Below, piece after piece: positions 16,882 to 25,852 of a DNA stretch of 42,501 nucleotides. The first letter of the stretch is position 1. Each line of letters begins with the position of its first letter. Origin of the DNA: a virus (lineage: Duplodnaviria > Caudoviricetes); IMG/VR virus record IMGVR_UViG_3300036798_000555, positions 1-42,501 of that record. One strand, 5' to 3'. A model generated the notes under the pieces. That model was not told the origin of the DNA, did not search any database, and saw nothing but the letters and a program-made list of their open reading frames with translations. Both the position numbers and the translations under genes were made by a program.

Positions 16882-17092
16882 AGGTAGCCCGGGTGGCGGC
16901 CTGCGCGGCCAGCCGCTGGAGCTCGCTAGGCACCCCCGCGGGTGTCGTCGGCGCCGGCGGTGTCGCCCATGCCGTGGCCGTTGTCTGCGGCGGCGGGTCC
17001 GGCATCCGGCGCTCGGCCAGGATCACCGGCGGCTTTCTTGTTGGCGAAGAGGCCTTCGTATTTTCGGACGGCTGTACCTCGGTCTGACTCAT
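16685..17092 (-). CDS. membrane protein with two C-terminal TM helices (holin candidate); start uncertain
   Basis: hydrophobic segments; last gene of the late operon. Confidence 0.55.
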   Translation of the reverse strand: MSQTEVQPSENTKASSPTRKPPVILAERRMPDPPPQTTATAWATPPAPTTPAGVPSELQRLAAQAATRATFNVLVWVLSARLIALLGVAGGIALTAVVLLSGHPLDQSRLIALGIYAAAIALPCLVLSGLAPSYR

Positions 17093-17249
17093 CGGGCTCG
17101 TCCCATGATGCGATGTACTGCCTTAGCATGGCCATGGCGGCGACGCGCTCGCGAATATCCATGCGCCGACTGCCGGCCTTGATCTCCTCGGCCAGGTCGC
17201 AGCAGCAGGTGTAGAAAGTTTCCTTGAGCTTGCGAGGGTCGTCTTTCAC
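16926..17249 (-). CDS. hypothetical protein
   Basis: GTGA coupling to the upstream gene. Confidence 0.55.
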   Translation of the reverse strand: MKDDPRKLKETFYTCCCDLAEEIKAGSRRMDIRERVAAMAMLRQYIASWDEPDESDRGTAVRKYEGLFANKKAAGDPGRAPDAGPAAADNGHGMGDTAGADDTRGGA

Positions 17250-18157
17250 TTGACGGGCATCCTGGCGAATTCTTCGACCACCTCTTCTTCGCCCGGGTGG
17301 ACGGCCCCGGTCATCTTGGCGAGCTTGGCGGCGGCTATGTCGCCGGAAGAAACATCGCCTTTTTTGGACGTCCTTTGCAGAATGTTGCGCGCCGCCTTCT
17401 GAGACGACGCTGCTGTCTCGGCCGCAGTCGGCTTGGCGGCTTCCGTGAAATTACTTTGCGTCTTGGCGGCTTTTACGCCTTTGCCGCCTTCGACGGTCTT
17501 CGGAATGAACGTACCGGCACCCTTGGCGCCCTCTAAGCCCTTTTCCACTCCCTTCGGCGCTTCCTTCATCATGGTCTTGGAACCCTCCCGCATCGCCTTG
17601 TAGAGCCACCAGACCGGAATGTGCAGGCCCATCGTTTTCATCGACGCCGCGCCGTGTAAGGCCAACTGCCAAAAACCCTCCTTTGCCGCGAACTCGAGAG
17701 CTTTGCTGCCGAGCTTGGCCCCACCCGCGGCTACGCCGCCGCCACCGGCGAACATTTGGACGAGCTCGCCCGCCCAATAGCCCTTCTGCTGGGCCCCTTC
17801 GACTGGCTCATCGGCAAACGCTTTGATCTTGTCTCGAAAATCTTGCGGGACGATCGCCGCTAAGCCGGCTTGCGGGAAACCAGGGAAATACCGCAACGCC
17901 CGCGGACCATACTGGTTCGCCAAATCGCCGATGCGCAGGTTTGTGTTGAGGAGCTCTGCGCCGCTCTGCGCCACACCGCGTGCAAAAGGTTCGATATTTT
18001 TCCGCACGGGATCGGGTGCGCCCATCACCATAGGCGTCGGCTGACGCTCCGTGCCGAGATCGGGATCGCGGATCTCCTTCGGTCCCGTCGGTGTTGCTGG
18101 CGCTTGCGGCGCATTCAATTCCCTCAGTACAGCAGGGTCGGTGATTTCCTTCGGCAT
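17246..18157 (-). CDS. putative internal virion/ejection protein
   Basis: TGATG coupling; EITDPAVL.ELN N-terminus; Ala/Gly-rich helices. Confidence 0.65.
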   Translation of the reverse strand: MPKEITDPAVLRELNAPQAPATPTGPKEIRDPDLGTERQPTPMVMGAPDPVRKNIEPFARGVAQSGAELLNTNLRIGDLANQYGPRALRYFPGFPQAGLAAIVPQDFRDKIKAFADEPVEGAQQKGYWAGELVQMFAGGGGVAAGGAKLGSKALEFAAKEGFWQLALHGAASMKTMGLHIPVWWLYKAMREGSKTMMKEAPKGVEKGLEGAKGAGTFIPKTVEGGKGVKAAKTQSNFTEAAKPTAAETAASSQKAARNILQRTSKKGDVSSGDIAAAKLAKMTGAVHPGEEEVVEEFARMPVK

Positions 18158-20328
18158 CAATCGGCCTCGTACCATTTGCCGTCCGGCATCTTGTAGATGG
18201 TCTTGCCATTGCGCTCTCGCTTCTCAACGGCCTCTTTCGGCACCTGCTCGAGTTGTTCCTTTTTGCGCTGCTGCACTTCAGGCGGACCAACACCACCCGG
18301 CTGCAGATCCTTGAACTTCTGCTGTGCACCTTTGAGGAAGGAGAAATTGTTTTCGTTGAATCCTGAGATGTCATGCATGTCATCGCGTGCATGTTCATCA
18401 TAGCCGGGAGGGCCGCCTTGGACGCCCTTAGTCACACTATCCCACTCTCGTTTTGACGCATCCAATCGTCCAGCCGCGATGCTGGAATCAACACGGATGG
18501 CACCGAGAATTTCTCGGATGCTGCTGACATTGCTGGTCGCTTGCGCGATTTCCATGGCGCGTTTGATGTCGCCTTCGGCTCCCGTGCCATTCCGTGTGAC
18601 AGAAACCATCTCTTGAACGTAAGCGCTATAAGCGTTCATGAGGTTCGAGAATTCAGGCCTGCCCCCGATCTTCCTTTCCAGAAAATCCTGCAGCCGGGTC
18701 CAGCCGGTGAATTGATCCATCAGTTCAGGATGTTTTTCGACAAGAACTTTGGCGGCTTTAAAAACTTCCTCAGCCGCAGCGGTCATCGAACTGGCGCGCA
18801 GCAAGGTCTTTTGCGTCGAGCCGTTGGGGTTTTTAAATTCCGTGATGAATTGGTAATTGCTCTGGCTGAAATTGGGGTAGACGCGCTTGGCCAGAGTTGC
18901 AACGCGCGGCGGCATGCCTTCGCGACCATAGCCAACGCGGAGATCATAAGTGCCGGCGCCCTTGACCGCATCGCCTAAACCCGGAGAGGCCTGATTCAGT
19001 CTGGCGATTTTATCGTCTTCGTCCCTACCTTCCTCGATCGCCTTGTCCGTCAGATCAGACAATTGGCCGTAGCGATGCATGATGCGATTACTGGCGCCGG
19101 GGTCCATGTTGGGAACGAACTGCACATGCTCGCCGCGATTCAATTTGGTCGCAAAATTCTCTTCTGAAGCATCGGCAAGACGACCTGCTGCAACCTCGCC
19201 AGCAAAATCCGCGGACGGCGATGCCGGCGGTGCCTGCGCGCGCGTCGGCGCTGTCGGTAGCGGCCGGCCGAACTGATCGAGCGTCTTCGGGCCGGTGGCG
19301 GTAAGTGTTGTGCCGCCCGGCGTGCCGATCCCGCCTGCCGTGCCGCCCGGTGTGCCGATCCCGGGCGCGCCTTCCTCCGTCGCGCTCGACGGCCAGGCGC
19401 CGGCCTTTTGTTCTTCCTTGCGCAGCGCCGAGTTGGCCGCGTGTGTGGTCTGATACTTGCTGTCGCGGTATCGCTGCAGATCCATCACCGCATCAGGGCC
19501 CAATTGCAGCGCCCGCAGCATCGGCTGATCGTGGATATCGCTGGCTTTCTCGTACAGCGATTGCATGAAGCCTTGCGGATCTCTGCCGTCCTGATACTCG
19601 GCAAAAATATCGCCGTACTCGTTGAGCTCGCGGCTTTGCTTGAGCTCGAGTTCGGCAGCGGTCTGGCGTAATTGATTGAATTTGAGCCGCTGCACCGCCT
19701 CCTGGCCCTGCATGTAGCCTTTCATGTAGGCGCCCGAGAACATGCCCATGTTGCCGGCGAGATATTGAACTGATCCCGGCATCTGCGGCGAGCCCGAGCC
19801 CCACATGCCGAGTTGGCCAGCGAGGCCCTGAAAAATCATCGGCACCTGCCACGGCTCGGGCGTCATCCCGTATTGCGGCTCTCTGCCCCACTGGTGCGGC
19901 GGCCGATTGGGAAACGGCGGCACATAGAGTTGCCGCTGCGCGCGCTGAAATGGCGGCAGGCCGAACGGTCCCGGCCGGGCCTGCGGCGCCGGTGCGACCG
20001 GCGGTTTTGGCGCTACGGCTGGCTGTCCCGGTCGAGCAGCGGGGGGCGGTTGCGGCGCCGGTCTGGCAACCGCAGGCGGCGGCGCCGGCGGCGGCGGTGT
20101 GCCGCGGGAATACGCATAGAGCCGATTTGGTCCCAAAAAATTTGGTCCGCCAAGTCCGGGCGGCAACATCGTCGGGCCCGCGCCCTGATCCAGCGGCAGA
20201 TCATACGACCCCTGACCCGGCGGCAGATCACCAGGGCCGGGAATGTTCGACTCATCGGCCGGGATAGTGGTCGATTGATCGTTCTCGGTGTCTTCAGTGT
20301 CGCGTTCGGTGTCGTACGCGTTCGACAT
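18157..20328 (-). CDS. large internal virion/ejection protein
   Basis: TGATG coupling at 20328; Pro-rich N-terminal half, helical C-terminal half; position after the hydrolase-bearing ejection gene. Confidence 0.7.
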   Translation of the reverse strand: MSNAYDTERDTEDTENDQSTTIPADESNIPGPGDLPPGQGSYDLPLDQGAGPTMLPPGLGGPNFLGPNRLYAYSRGTPPPPAPPPAVARPAPQPPPAARPGQPAVAPKPPVAPAPQARPGPFGLPPFQRAQRQLYVPPFPNRPPHQWGREPQYGMTPEPWQVPMIFQGLAGQLGMWGSGSPQMPGSVQYLAGNMGMFSGAYMKGYMQGQEAVQRLKFNQLRQTAAELELKQSRELNEYGDIFAEYQDGRDPQGFMQSLYEKASDIHDQPMLRALQLGPDAVMDLQRYRDSKYQTTHAANSALRKEEQKAGAWPSSATEEGAPGIGTPGGTAGGIGTPGGTTLTATGPKTLDQFGRPLPTAPTRAQAPPASPSADFAGEVAAGRLADASEENFATKLNRGEHVQFVPNMDPGASNRIMHRYGQLSDLTDKAIEEGRDEDDKIARLNQASPGLGDAVKGAGTYDLRVGYGREGMPPRVATLAKRVYPNFSQSNYQFITEFKNPNGSTQKTLLRASSMTAAAEEVFKAAKVLVEKHPELMDQFTGWTRLQDFLERKIGGRPEFSNLMNAYSAYVQEMVSVTRNGTGAEGDIKRAMEIAQATSNVSSIREILGAIRVDSSIAAGRLDASKREWDSVTKGVQGGPPGYDEHARDDMHDISGFNENNFSFLKGAQQKFKDLQPGGVGPPEVQQRKKEQLEQVPKEAVEKRERNGKTIYKMPDGKWYEAD

Positions 20329-22721
20329 CACTGACCCATAACTTGCTGCGCTTCCCACGCGCGTCTGCTGACATGTCCAGGTTGGCTGATGTGATACTGC
20401 TGGATCAACTGCGCGGCGCGCTGATAGTCGCCGCTTCTGATCGCCTGGCCGATCGGCCCACGCTGCCATCCCGAGCCGGTGTTGTAATCCAGCGACGTCA
20501 ATCCATCTCTGACATTTTGCGGCAGACCGGGTGCGAACCGATCAACCGACGCTTGCGACTGGCCGAGCTCGCTGTTTAGTCGCTGCTGTGCCGTGGCTTG
20601 ATCGATCACCTCGTTCGGGCTTGTCGCGCGCGTGCCGTAGCCGATCGAATATTGACTGCCATCTGGGTAGGCGCGCGCACTGTAGCCCTCAAACTGCTGC
20701 ACGCGATTAACGAGATTGCCGGATAGATTGCCGTTGCCGGTCGCCGCTGCGGTGGTGTTGCCAGCGGCCTGCGCGGCCTGCGCGGCTTGCGCGCCAGGCG
20801 CGCCGGTCACGCCGGTCCACTCGAAATGCATCGGGTCGTTGTAGCGGCCCCACTCCGCTCGCCCGCCCCACGTCAGACCGTGACGCGCAGCAATCTCTTC
20901 GATGTTGGCCGGCATGTTGCCGCGGCCGGTGCCTTGTGAATTCTGTTTTGGGTTGATGTCGATGGCGTTGCCGAAAGCGTGCTCGGAAGGCCCGCCCTGT
21001 TGGCCGCCGGGAAGATTTTTATTACGGTTCACGAAACCCTGCACGTCGTTGACCTTGTAGCCATTGGCCTGGAGATCGTTGAGGAAATCTTTGAAGTACG
21101 GTGCGGCGTGAGCGTTGACCTTAACCGTGTGGCCGTAATTGTCGGTGATCGATGTAATATTTTGACCCGGCCGGTCGCTGATGCCCGCCTGCGCCGCCTT
21201 GCCATTACTGAAGAAATTGCCGGTCACACCGCTGGCCTTGGTTTTCGCAGACAAGTCTTCGCCGCCGGCGAGCGTGCCGCCTTCCTTGGTTGGCCCCTGC
21301 GGCACGTTCGAATCTTCGGGGAACGTGCCGGCGTTCGGATTCTGCGCGTACCATTGCTTGCGCCGCTGTCCGAGCTCGTCGTCCGGCTTGGGGTCGGGAC
21401 CGTTGGGAGCGCCGGGCAGCTTGCTGGTGTCCTGGGTGCCCGCTGGCGCCGCGGCGGGGCCGGTGGGAGTGGCTGTCCCTGGCGCTCCGGGTGCTCCGGG
21501 CGTAGCTGACCCCGGCGTCCCCGGCGGCAAGCCCATGGCTTGACCAGCCAGGCCAGAGAGGTCCGACATCAGCGGGAAGGGGTTCCCCCGCAACAAGTTG
21601 AAAATATCTCCCATAAATTTTAGCGGATTCACCCCCGTCTGGAACGGGGAAGGCTGGCCGCGTGAGGATACCGGGCCAGTCGATGCCGTCGTTCCGGGCG
21701 CCGCCTGCGCTGGGCCGGTGGGTACCTTCGGCGGCGACGGCGCCTGCACCGTTTCGCCGGTCGTGGGGTCGAACCGCTGTGTTGGCTGCTGGGTCGGTGA
21801 GCCGCCGCCAAAGGCACCACCGGGAAGCTCGGGAGTACCCGCCACATCTGCCCGGCCCGGCGGGAACGGTTGTTCGGCTTCGGCGGGAGGCGCGCCCTGA
21901 ATGCCACCGCCAACGTCTCCCGTTGGCGCGGCGCCTGCGGTCGGCGGCCCCTCGGGCACGCCCATCGGACCATAGCCGCCGCCAACGTCCCCTGTTGGCG
22001 CTGCGCCCGCGGTTGGAGCCGCGAACGGCTGCTGCGGGTCCCAGCCGAGCTCGGGCGACGGCTGCGCCATCGGTGGCCGCGGCTGCAAGGCAGTCTGCGT
22101 CTGCCGACTGAGGTCGGCGAGGGTCGGCGAGAGGTCGCCGCCGGCCGGCCCCATCGGGCCGTAGCCGCCGCCTTCGCCAATATCTGCTGCCGCTCCTGCG
22201 GTTGGAGCCGGAACATCGACGCCTTGCGGACCATACCCGCCTCGGGGTTGGTTGCTGGTCACCGCGCCGGCCGTGGGCGGGCCTCCGGGGGTCGATGTCG
22301 GTCCTTGGCTGGTGGGCGTGCCGCCGGCCGTGAAGGGTGGCGGCCCCGCAAAGGCCGAATCCGGGACGGGAGCTCCGATCGGAGGCAGGGAAGGTTGCGC
22401 TTGCGGTGTTGGTGGCGTCGGTGGTGCTGGCGCCGTTCCTTGTGGTGGGCCGCCAAACGCCATGTCAGGCAGAGGCGGGCCTCCCGCCGCCGCCGCCGCC
22501 GAGGCGCCGAGTGAGCCGGTGGGATCGCCGGTCAATCCCGCCGTCGTGCCGGCTCCCATGGTGGCCGGGTCGAGGTTGTTCAGCAGGCCGGTGCCGGTAT
22601 TGGAAAAATCCGCTGGCGAGCCGCCGCCGGCGCCGCCACCACCCTTGCCGCCGCCGCCTTTGCCGCCGCCGGCGCCGCCACCGGCCGCACCGGCGAGCTC
22701 ACCTGGCATTGCGCCGCTCAT
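20328..22721 (-). CDS. ejection protein with M15 peptidase and lysozyme (GH24-like) domains
   Basis: SEHAFGNAIDIN...WGG...DPMHFEW; FEGYSARAYPDG..YSIGYGT...SLDYNTG...RR..EA. Confidence 0.85.
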   Translation of the reverse strand: MSGAMPGELAGAAGGGAGGGKGGGGKGGGGAGGGSPADFSNTGTGLLNNLDPATMGAGTTAGLTGDPTGSLGASAAAAAGGPPLPDMAFGGPPQGTAPAPPTPPTPQAQPSLPPIGAPVPDSAFAGPPPFTAGGTPTSQGPTSTPGGPPTAGAVTSNQPRGGYGPQGVDVPAPTAGAAADIGEGGGYGPMGPAGGDLSPTLADLSRQTQTALQPRPPMAQPSPELGWDPQQPFAAPTAGAAPTGDVGGGYGPMGVPEGPPTAGAAPTGDVGGGIQGAPPAEAEQPFPPGRADVAGTPELPGGAFGGGSPTQQPTQRFDPTTGETVQAPSPPKVPTGPAQAAPGTTASTGPVSSRGQPSPFQTGVNPLKFMGDIFNLLRGNPFPLMSDLSGLAGQAMGLPPGTPGSATPGAPGAPGTATPTGPAAAPAGTQDTSKLPGAPNGPDPKPDDELGQRRKQWYAQNPNAGTFPEDSNVPQGPTKEGGTLAGGEDLSAKTKASGVTGNFFSNGKAAQAGISDRPGQNITSITDNYGHTVKVNAHAAPYFKDFLNDLQANGYKVNDVQGFVNRNKNLPGGQQGGPSEHAFGNAIDINPKQNSQGTGRGNMPANIEEIAARHGLTWGGRAEWGRYNDPMHFEWTGVTGAPGAQAAQAAQAAGNTTAAATGNGNLSGNLVNRVQQFEGYSARAYPDGSQYSIGYGTRATSPNEVIDQATAQQRLNSELGQSQASVDRFAPGLPQNVRDGLTSLDYNTGSGWQRGPIGQAIRSGDYQRAAQLIQQYHISQPGHVSRRAWEAQQVMGQ

Positions 22722-23176
22722 GCCGATCCTCCAGGAGCGAACGGGTTATTACCGCCGGCACCAGCCTGGAACCCGGCATTTTCCGCCTGCTGATTACCTT
22801 GGCCGAAAGCGCGTGCTGCCTGCGCCGCCGGATTGAAAACCGGATTATTCATTTGCGAGTTTTGCAGTTGGCCCTTGTTGGCCTCGAGCAGCAGGCCGAG
22901 GCCGCCGCTCTGACTCGGGATCTGGCTCAGGTCCATCTGCTCCATGGTCGATGGCGTGGCACCCGCATCGAGTCCCGCTAGGCTCGTGCCCTGCGCCGCA
23001 GCCGTCTGCGCGTTTGGGCCGCTGGGGTCCGGAATGCCAATGCCGAGTTGCTTGTAGCGATTGTGGATGGCCGCTGCGCTTTGGTGGGCGGCGCCGCCGA
23101 GCGCCGCCTGATCGAACGGCGAGCCGCCACTGCCGCCGCCGCCACCCATTTTGCCGCCACCCATTGCGCCGCTCAT
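22718..23176 (-). CDS. Gly/Gln-rich internal virion protein
   Basis: ATGA coupling; composition typical of podovirus ejection proteins. Confidence 0.65.
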   Translation of the reverse strand: MSGAMGGGKMGGGGGSGGSPFDQAALGGAAHQSAAAIHNRYKQLGIGIPDPSGPNAQTAAAQGTSLAGLDAGATPSTMEQMDLSQIPSQSGGLGLLLEANKGQLQNSQMNNPVFNPAAQAARAFGQGNQQAENAGFQAGAGGNNPFAPGGSA

Positions 23177-23572
23177 TTAGGCCGCCGTTCCACCGGTGTT
23201 GCTCAGTCCAGCGCTAGCGCCGGCGCCGAAGCCTTGCTGGCCCTGCGCCTGTTGGGCGAGCTTCAACAACTGATCTTGCTGCTGCTGTTGCTGCAACTGA
23301 TTGGCGTCGGATTGCTGCGCTTCCTGCTGCGCCGCTGCCAAGCGCGGACCCGCGCCCTCGTACGACGACATGGTCGAAGGCCCGAGTCCGGAATTGGCGA
23401 ATGCGCTGCGTTGTTTCAGCAACTGCTGGCCCATGGTGAATTGGGCGAGCGCTTTCTGCTCCGGACTGATGCCGCCACTGCCGCCGCCTTTACCGCCGCC
23501 GCCGCCGCTTTTGGCGGCCCCGGCACCTTGCATCACCAGCGGCAATGCTTTTGCGGCGCCGCCTTCAGGCAT
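23177..23572 (-). CDS. Gly/Gln-rich internal virion protein
   Basis: FANSGLG.ST motif; abuts its neighbours. Confidence 0.65.
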   Translation of the reverse strand: MPEGGAAKALPLVMQGAGAAKSGGGGGKGGGSGGISPEQKALAQFTMGQQLLKQRSAFANSGLGPSTMSSYEGAGPRLAAAQQEAQQSDANQLQQQQQQDQLLKLAQQAQGQQGFGAGASAGLSNTGGTAA

Positions 23573-24056
23573 CGGGATCTCGCAAGCGGATGAGCCAACG
23601 CGGACTCGCCTCGGCGGCGCCGAACCGTTTCGCCAGCGGCCGGAAATCGTATTCGGTATCCGAGCTCACGCGCCAGATCGTACATTTGCGGCGCCGCGCC
23701 CACTCGATCGAGACGCGCAGCAATTTTACCAATTGCCACATGCAGTCGGTGTCGGCGCAGCCAAAGATCATGTTGCACTCGAACTCGTTTGGTAGCCACG
23801 GCAGCACCGCGATTAAGGCGATCAAAAACGCATCGTCGGTACGCACCGGCAAAAACATCATCGGGCTTTTCAGCACGGTGTCGCGAAACCAGAGCTCGGT
23901 GGATTCAGGACTGTAGCGCTGATCGTAGCGCTTGAGGCACAGGTAGTGCAGCCACTCGAGGTCCTCTTCGCGCATCAAGCGCGGCCGATCGACGGTGTCT
24001 ACCAGGCGGGATACTTGTACCGCGGACTCTGGTTGAGCCACCAGTTCGGTGGCCAT
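23565..24056 (-). CDS. GNAT-fold-like virion assembly protein (start uncertain)
   Basis: R.M.EEDL.W start and LL....EWA...C....V pattern; same position before ejection genes as T7 gp13/P22 gp14. Confidence 0.55.
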   Translation of the reverse strand: MATELVAQPESAVQVSRLVDTVDRPRLMREEDLEWLHYLCLKRYDQRYSPESTELWFRDTVLKSPMMFLPVRTDDAFLIALIAVLPWLPNEFECNMIFGCADTDCMWQLVKLLRVSIEWARRRKCTIWRVSSDTEYDFRPLAKRFGAAEASPRWLIRLRDPDA

Positions 24057-24490
24057 GGGATCGGCGGTAGCGGGGGCAGGGGTTGCTCTGGTCCAGGACC
24101 AATAGGGCCAGGAGGCGGGCTTATCGTGCCCGTCGCCACGTAATGCTCCGTGTGATTGCGGTGTATCCACCATTGGCGCTGCTCTTCATCATCGAGGTTA
24201 TAATCTATCACATTGCCCCCGATGAACAGGCCGACGGGTTTGGCGCCGTAGGATTGCGGCAGCACTCTCATAAAATCGTTGTGCGCCTGCTGATGGTTCA
24301 GATGCCAATCGACCGCCGGCTGCTGAATATCCAACATCGGGTCGAGCATCCGCATGTACGGGATTTGACCAAACCGCGTCAGCGGTGACATCGAGATCAA
24401 CAACGTGCGGTGCGCCATCGCATGTTCGAAGGCAAACAGATCGCGATCGACCTGACTGTCGCCCAGCCGCATGAGATCGGGCAGCGCCAC
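23999..24490 (-). CDS. His-rich hypothetical virion-operon protein
   Basis: EH..AH, H..HQ..H and H..EH helices; coupled start. Confidence 0.65.
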   Translation of the reverse strand: MALPDLMRLGDSQVDRDLFAFEHAMAHRTLLISMSPLTRFGQIPYMRMLDPMLDIQQPAVDWHLNHQQAHNDFMRVLPQSYGAKPVGLFIGGNVIDYNLDDEEQRQWWIHRNHTEHYVATGTISPPPGPIGPGPEQPLPPLPPIPWPPNWWLNQSPRYKYPAW

Positions 24491-24801
24491 TAGTATTCGC
24501 CGCCCTGACGTTTTTGGCGCGCGATCAGATCGGACGGAATCTCGCCCGAGCGACTGCGGCAGGTGCCGAGCGGATCGAAGTCGCGCGGCGCGATGCGGTC
24601 CATACCGAAATCACTGGCGCGCGTGTTGTCGGCAATGACGGCGTCGCCTTTTGGACCGGTGCCGACATGGGTCCCGTGCCGCAAAGGACCGGCGAGTGAG
24701 CGCTCGGATCTCAGATACCCGTCCGGGGCCAGAAAACATGCGTCCGGCTGATTGTCCTGCTTGGGCGGCCATACGCTTTGCCTGCTTCTATGTTGGGCCA
24801 T
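24490..24801 (-). CDS. hypothetical protein (103 aa, MAQHRSRQSVWPPK...)
   Basis: AAGGAG RBS before ATG 24801. Confidence 0.6.
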   Translation of the reverse strand: MAQHRSRQSVWPPKQDNQPDACFLAPDGYLRSERSLAGPLRHGTHVGTGPKGDAVIADNTRASDFGMDRIAPRDFDPLGTCRSRSGEIPSDLIARQKRQGGEY

Positions 24802-25234
24802 CACCTTCTCCTTCGGCGTCGCGCTTTGCGGAGATTGCGTCTTGCTGCCACTTTCTGACTCCGAGTCGCACGTCGTCGTGCCATAACGCCATCCTTCGCA
24901 TCGGAACGCCGGAATCGCGCAGCGTGAACGCGACGTCCTCAACGCTCTCGCAGATGTAAACCAACACACCAGCCTGGCGTAGCTGATGAAACATGCATTG
25001 CTGCGCGAGCGACGGCTTGCGGCCTTTGACTTTGAGCTCGATGCCAACGCAGCGGCCGTCGTGAAAGATTAACAGATCCGGAAATCCTTGTTTCAGTCCG
25101 GAGCCTTTGAGACGTCCGGCTGTGGCCGGTGGAAGCTTGCCCCATCCGGCTGGAAAGGTCGTGAACAGCGCCGGTGGCATGAGCGCCCAATCGAGGAACT
25201 CGGCCACCGTTGCATGCAGATCCGCCTCGCTCAT
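24788..25234 (-). CDS. VRR-NUC domain nuclease (Holliday junction resolvase-like)
   Basis: E..L, G.K.GFPDL.I.......IELK.....S..Q. Confidence 0.88.
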   Translation of the reverse strand: MSEADLHATVAEFLDWALMPPALFTTFPAGWGKLPPATAGRLKGSGLKQGFPDLLIFHDGRCVGIELKVKGRKPSLAQQCMFHQLRQAGVLVYICESVEDVAFTLRDSGVPMRRMALWHDDVRLGVRKWQQDAISAKRDAEGEGDGPT

Positions 25235-25383
25235 CGCCGGCGCGTTCTAACCGGTCCTGCTCGAGCGCCTGGTCGCGGCGACCACCGGCTCGATCGCCGC
25301 GGACCATGCCGGGCCCGCGACCAATCGGAGGGAAAGGCGTCGCGTGCCCACGGCATGCGTTTCACCGGGCCGCGGCGTGCCAT
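25231..25383 (-). CDS. Arg-rich micropeptide 6 (50 aa, MARRGPVKRMPWARDAFPSDWSRARHGPRRSSRWSPRPGARAGPVRTRRR)
   Basis: TAATG overlap upstream, ATGA overlap with VRR-NUC. Confidence 0.7.
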   Translation of the reverse strand: MARRGPVKRMPWARDAFPSDWSRARHGPRRSSRWSPRPGARAGPVRTRRR

Positions 25384-25526
25384 TAGTAGCGGCCTCGCCG
25401 CCCACGACCCAGGCCTTGACGATGACCGCGATGCCGCCGGACGCGTGTCGTCGGCCGAAACAGCCGAGGCAGTTTGCCGGCAGGATCAACGCGGCTTCTG
25501 GGCCCGAGAAATACACCTCTTGCCAT
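25383..25526 (-). CDS. Arg-rich micropeptide 5 (47 aa, MARGVFLGPRSRVDPAGKLPRLFRPTTRVRRHRGHRQGLGRGRRGRY)
   Basis: GGAGG RBS, TGATG overlap. Confidence 0.72.
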   Translation of the reverse strand: MARGVFLGPRSRVDPAGKLPRLFRPTTRVRRHRGHRQGLGRGRRGRY

Positions 25527-25678
25527 CATAGCCTCCGCAGTGGACGAAGTTGCCGGGTAGGCGCATACGACGCCCCCCGGCGCAAACCAACGCGAGGCCG
25601 AAACGACGGCGTTCGCCATGGTTTAAGACGAAACGCCCGCCGCATCCCCCGCATACCATCGAAGCGCGGGATCGGCAT
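25526..25678 (-). CDS. Arg-rich micropeptide 4 (50 aa, MPIPRFDGMRGMRRAFRLKPWRTPSFRPRVGLRRGASYAPTRQLRPLRRL)
   Basis: starts 1 nt after the previous stop; its stop overlaps the next start. Confidence 0.65.
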   Translation of the reverse strand: MPIPRFDGMRGMRRAFRLKPWRTPSFRPRVGLRRGASYAPTRQLRPLRRL

Positions 25679-25679
25679 G

Positions 25680-25751
25680 TCAGCGTCTCTTGCGGGCCCT
25701 AATTCGCCGAGCGCGACGAGTCATTTTCAGACGATGACTACGACGTGCCAT
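25680..25751 (-). CDS. Arg-rich micropeptide 3 (23 aa, MARRSHRLKMTRRARRIRARKRR)
   Basis: AGGAGG RBS 5 nt before the ATG. Confidence 0.75.
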   Translation of the reverse strand: MARRSHRLKMTRRARRIRARKRR

Positions 25752-25760
25752 GTGGGCCTC

Positions 25761-25808
25761 CTACTTCCGACGGTGACGGGACCGGCGATAGTATCTTCGC
25801 CGAGCCAT
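25761..25808 (-). CDS. Arg-rich micropeptide 2 (15 aa, MARRRYYRRSRHRRK)
   Basis: TAATG overlap with peptide 1. Confidence 0.7.
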   Translation of the reverse strand: MARRRYYRRSRHRRK

Positions 25809-25852
25809 TACCGACGCTTCCCGCGGCGGCCTTTTCTGCGTCTACGTGCCAT
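25808..25852 (-). CDS. Arg-rich micropeptide 1 (14 aa, MARRRRKGRRGKRR)
   Basis: GAGGAG RBS 7 nt before the ATG. Confidence 0.75.
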   Translation of the reverse strand: MARRRRKGRRGKRR

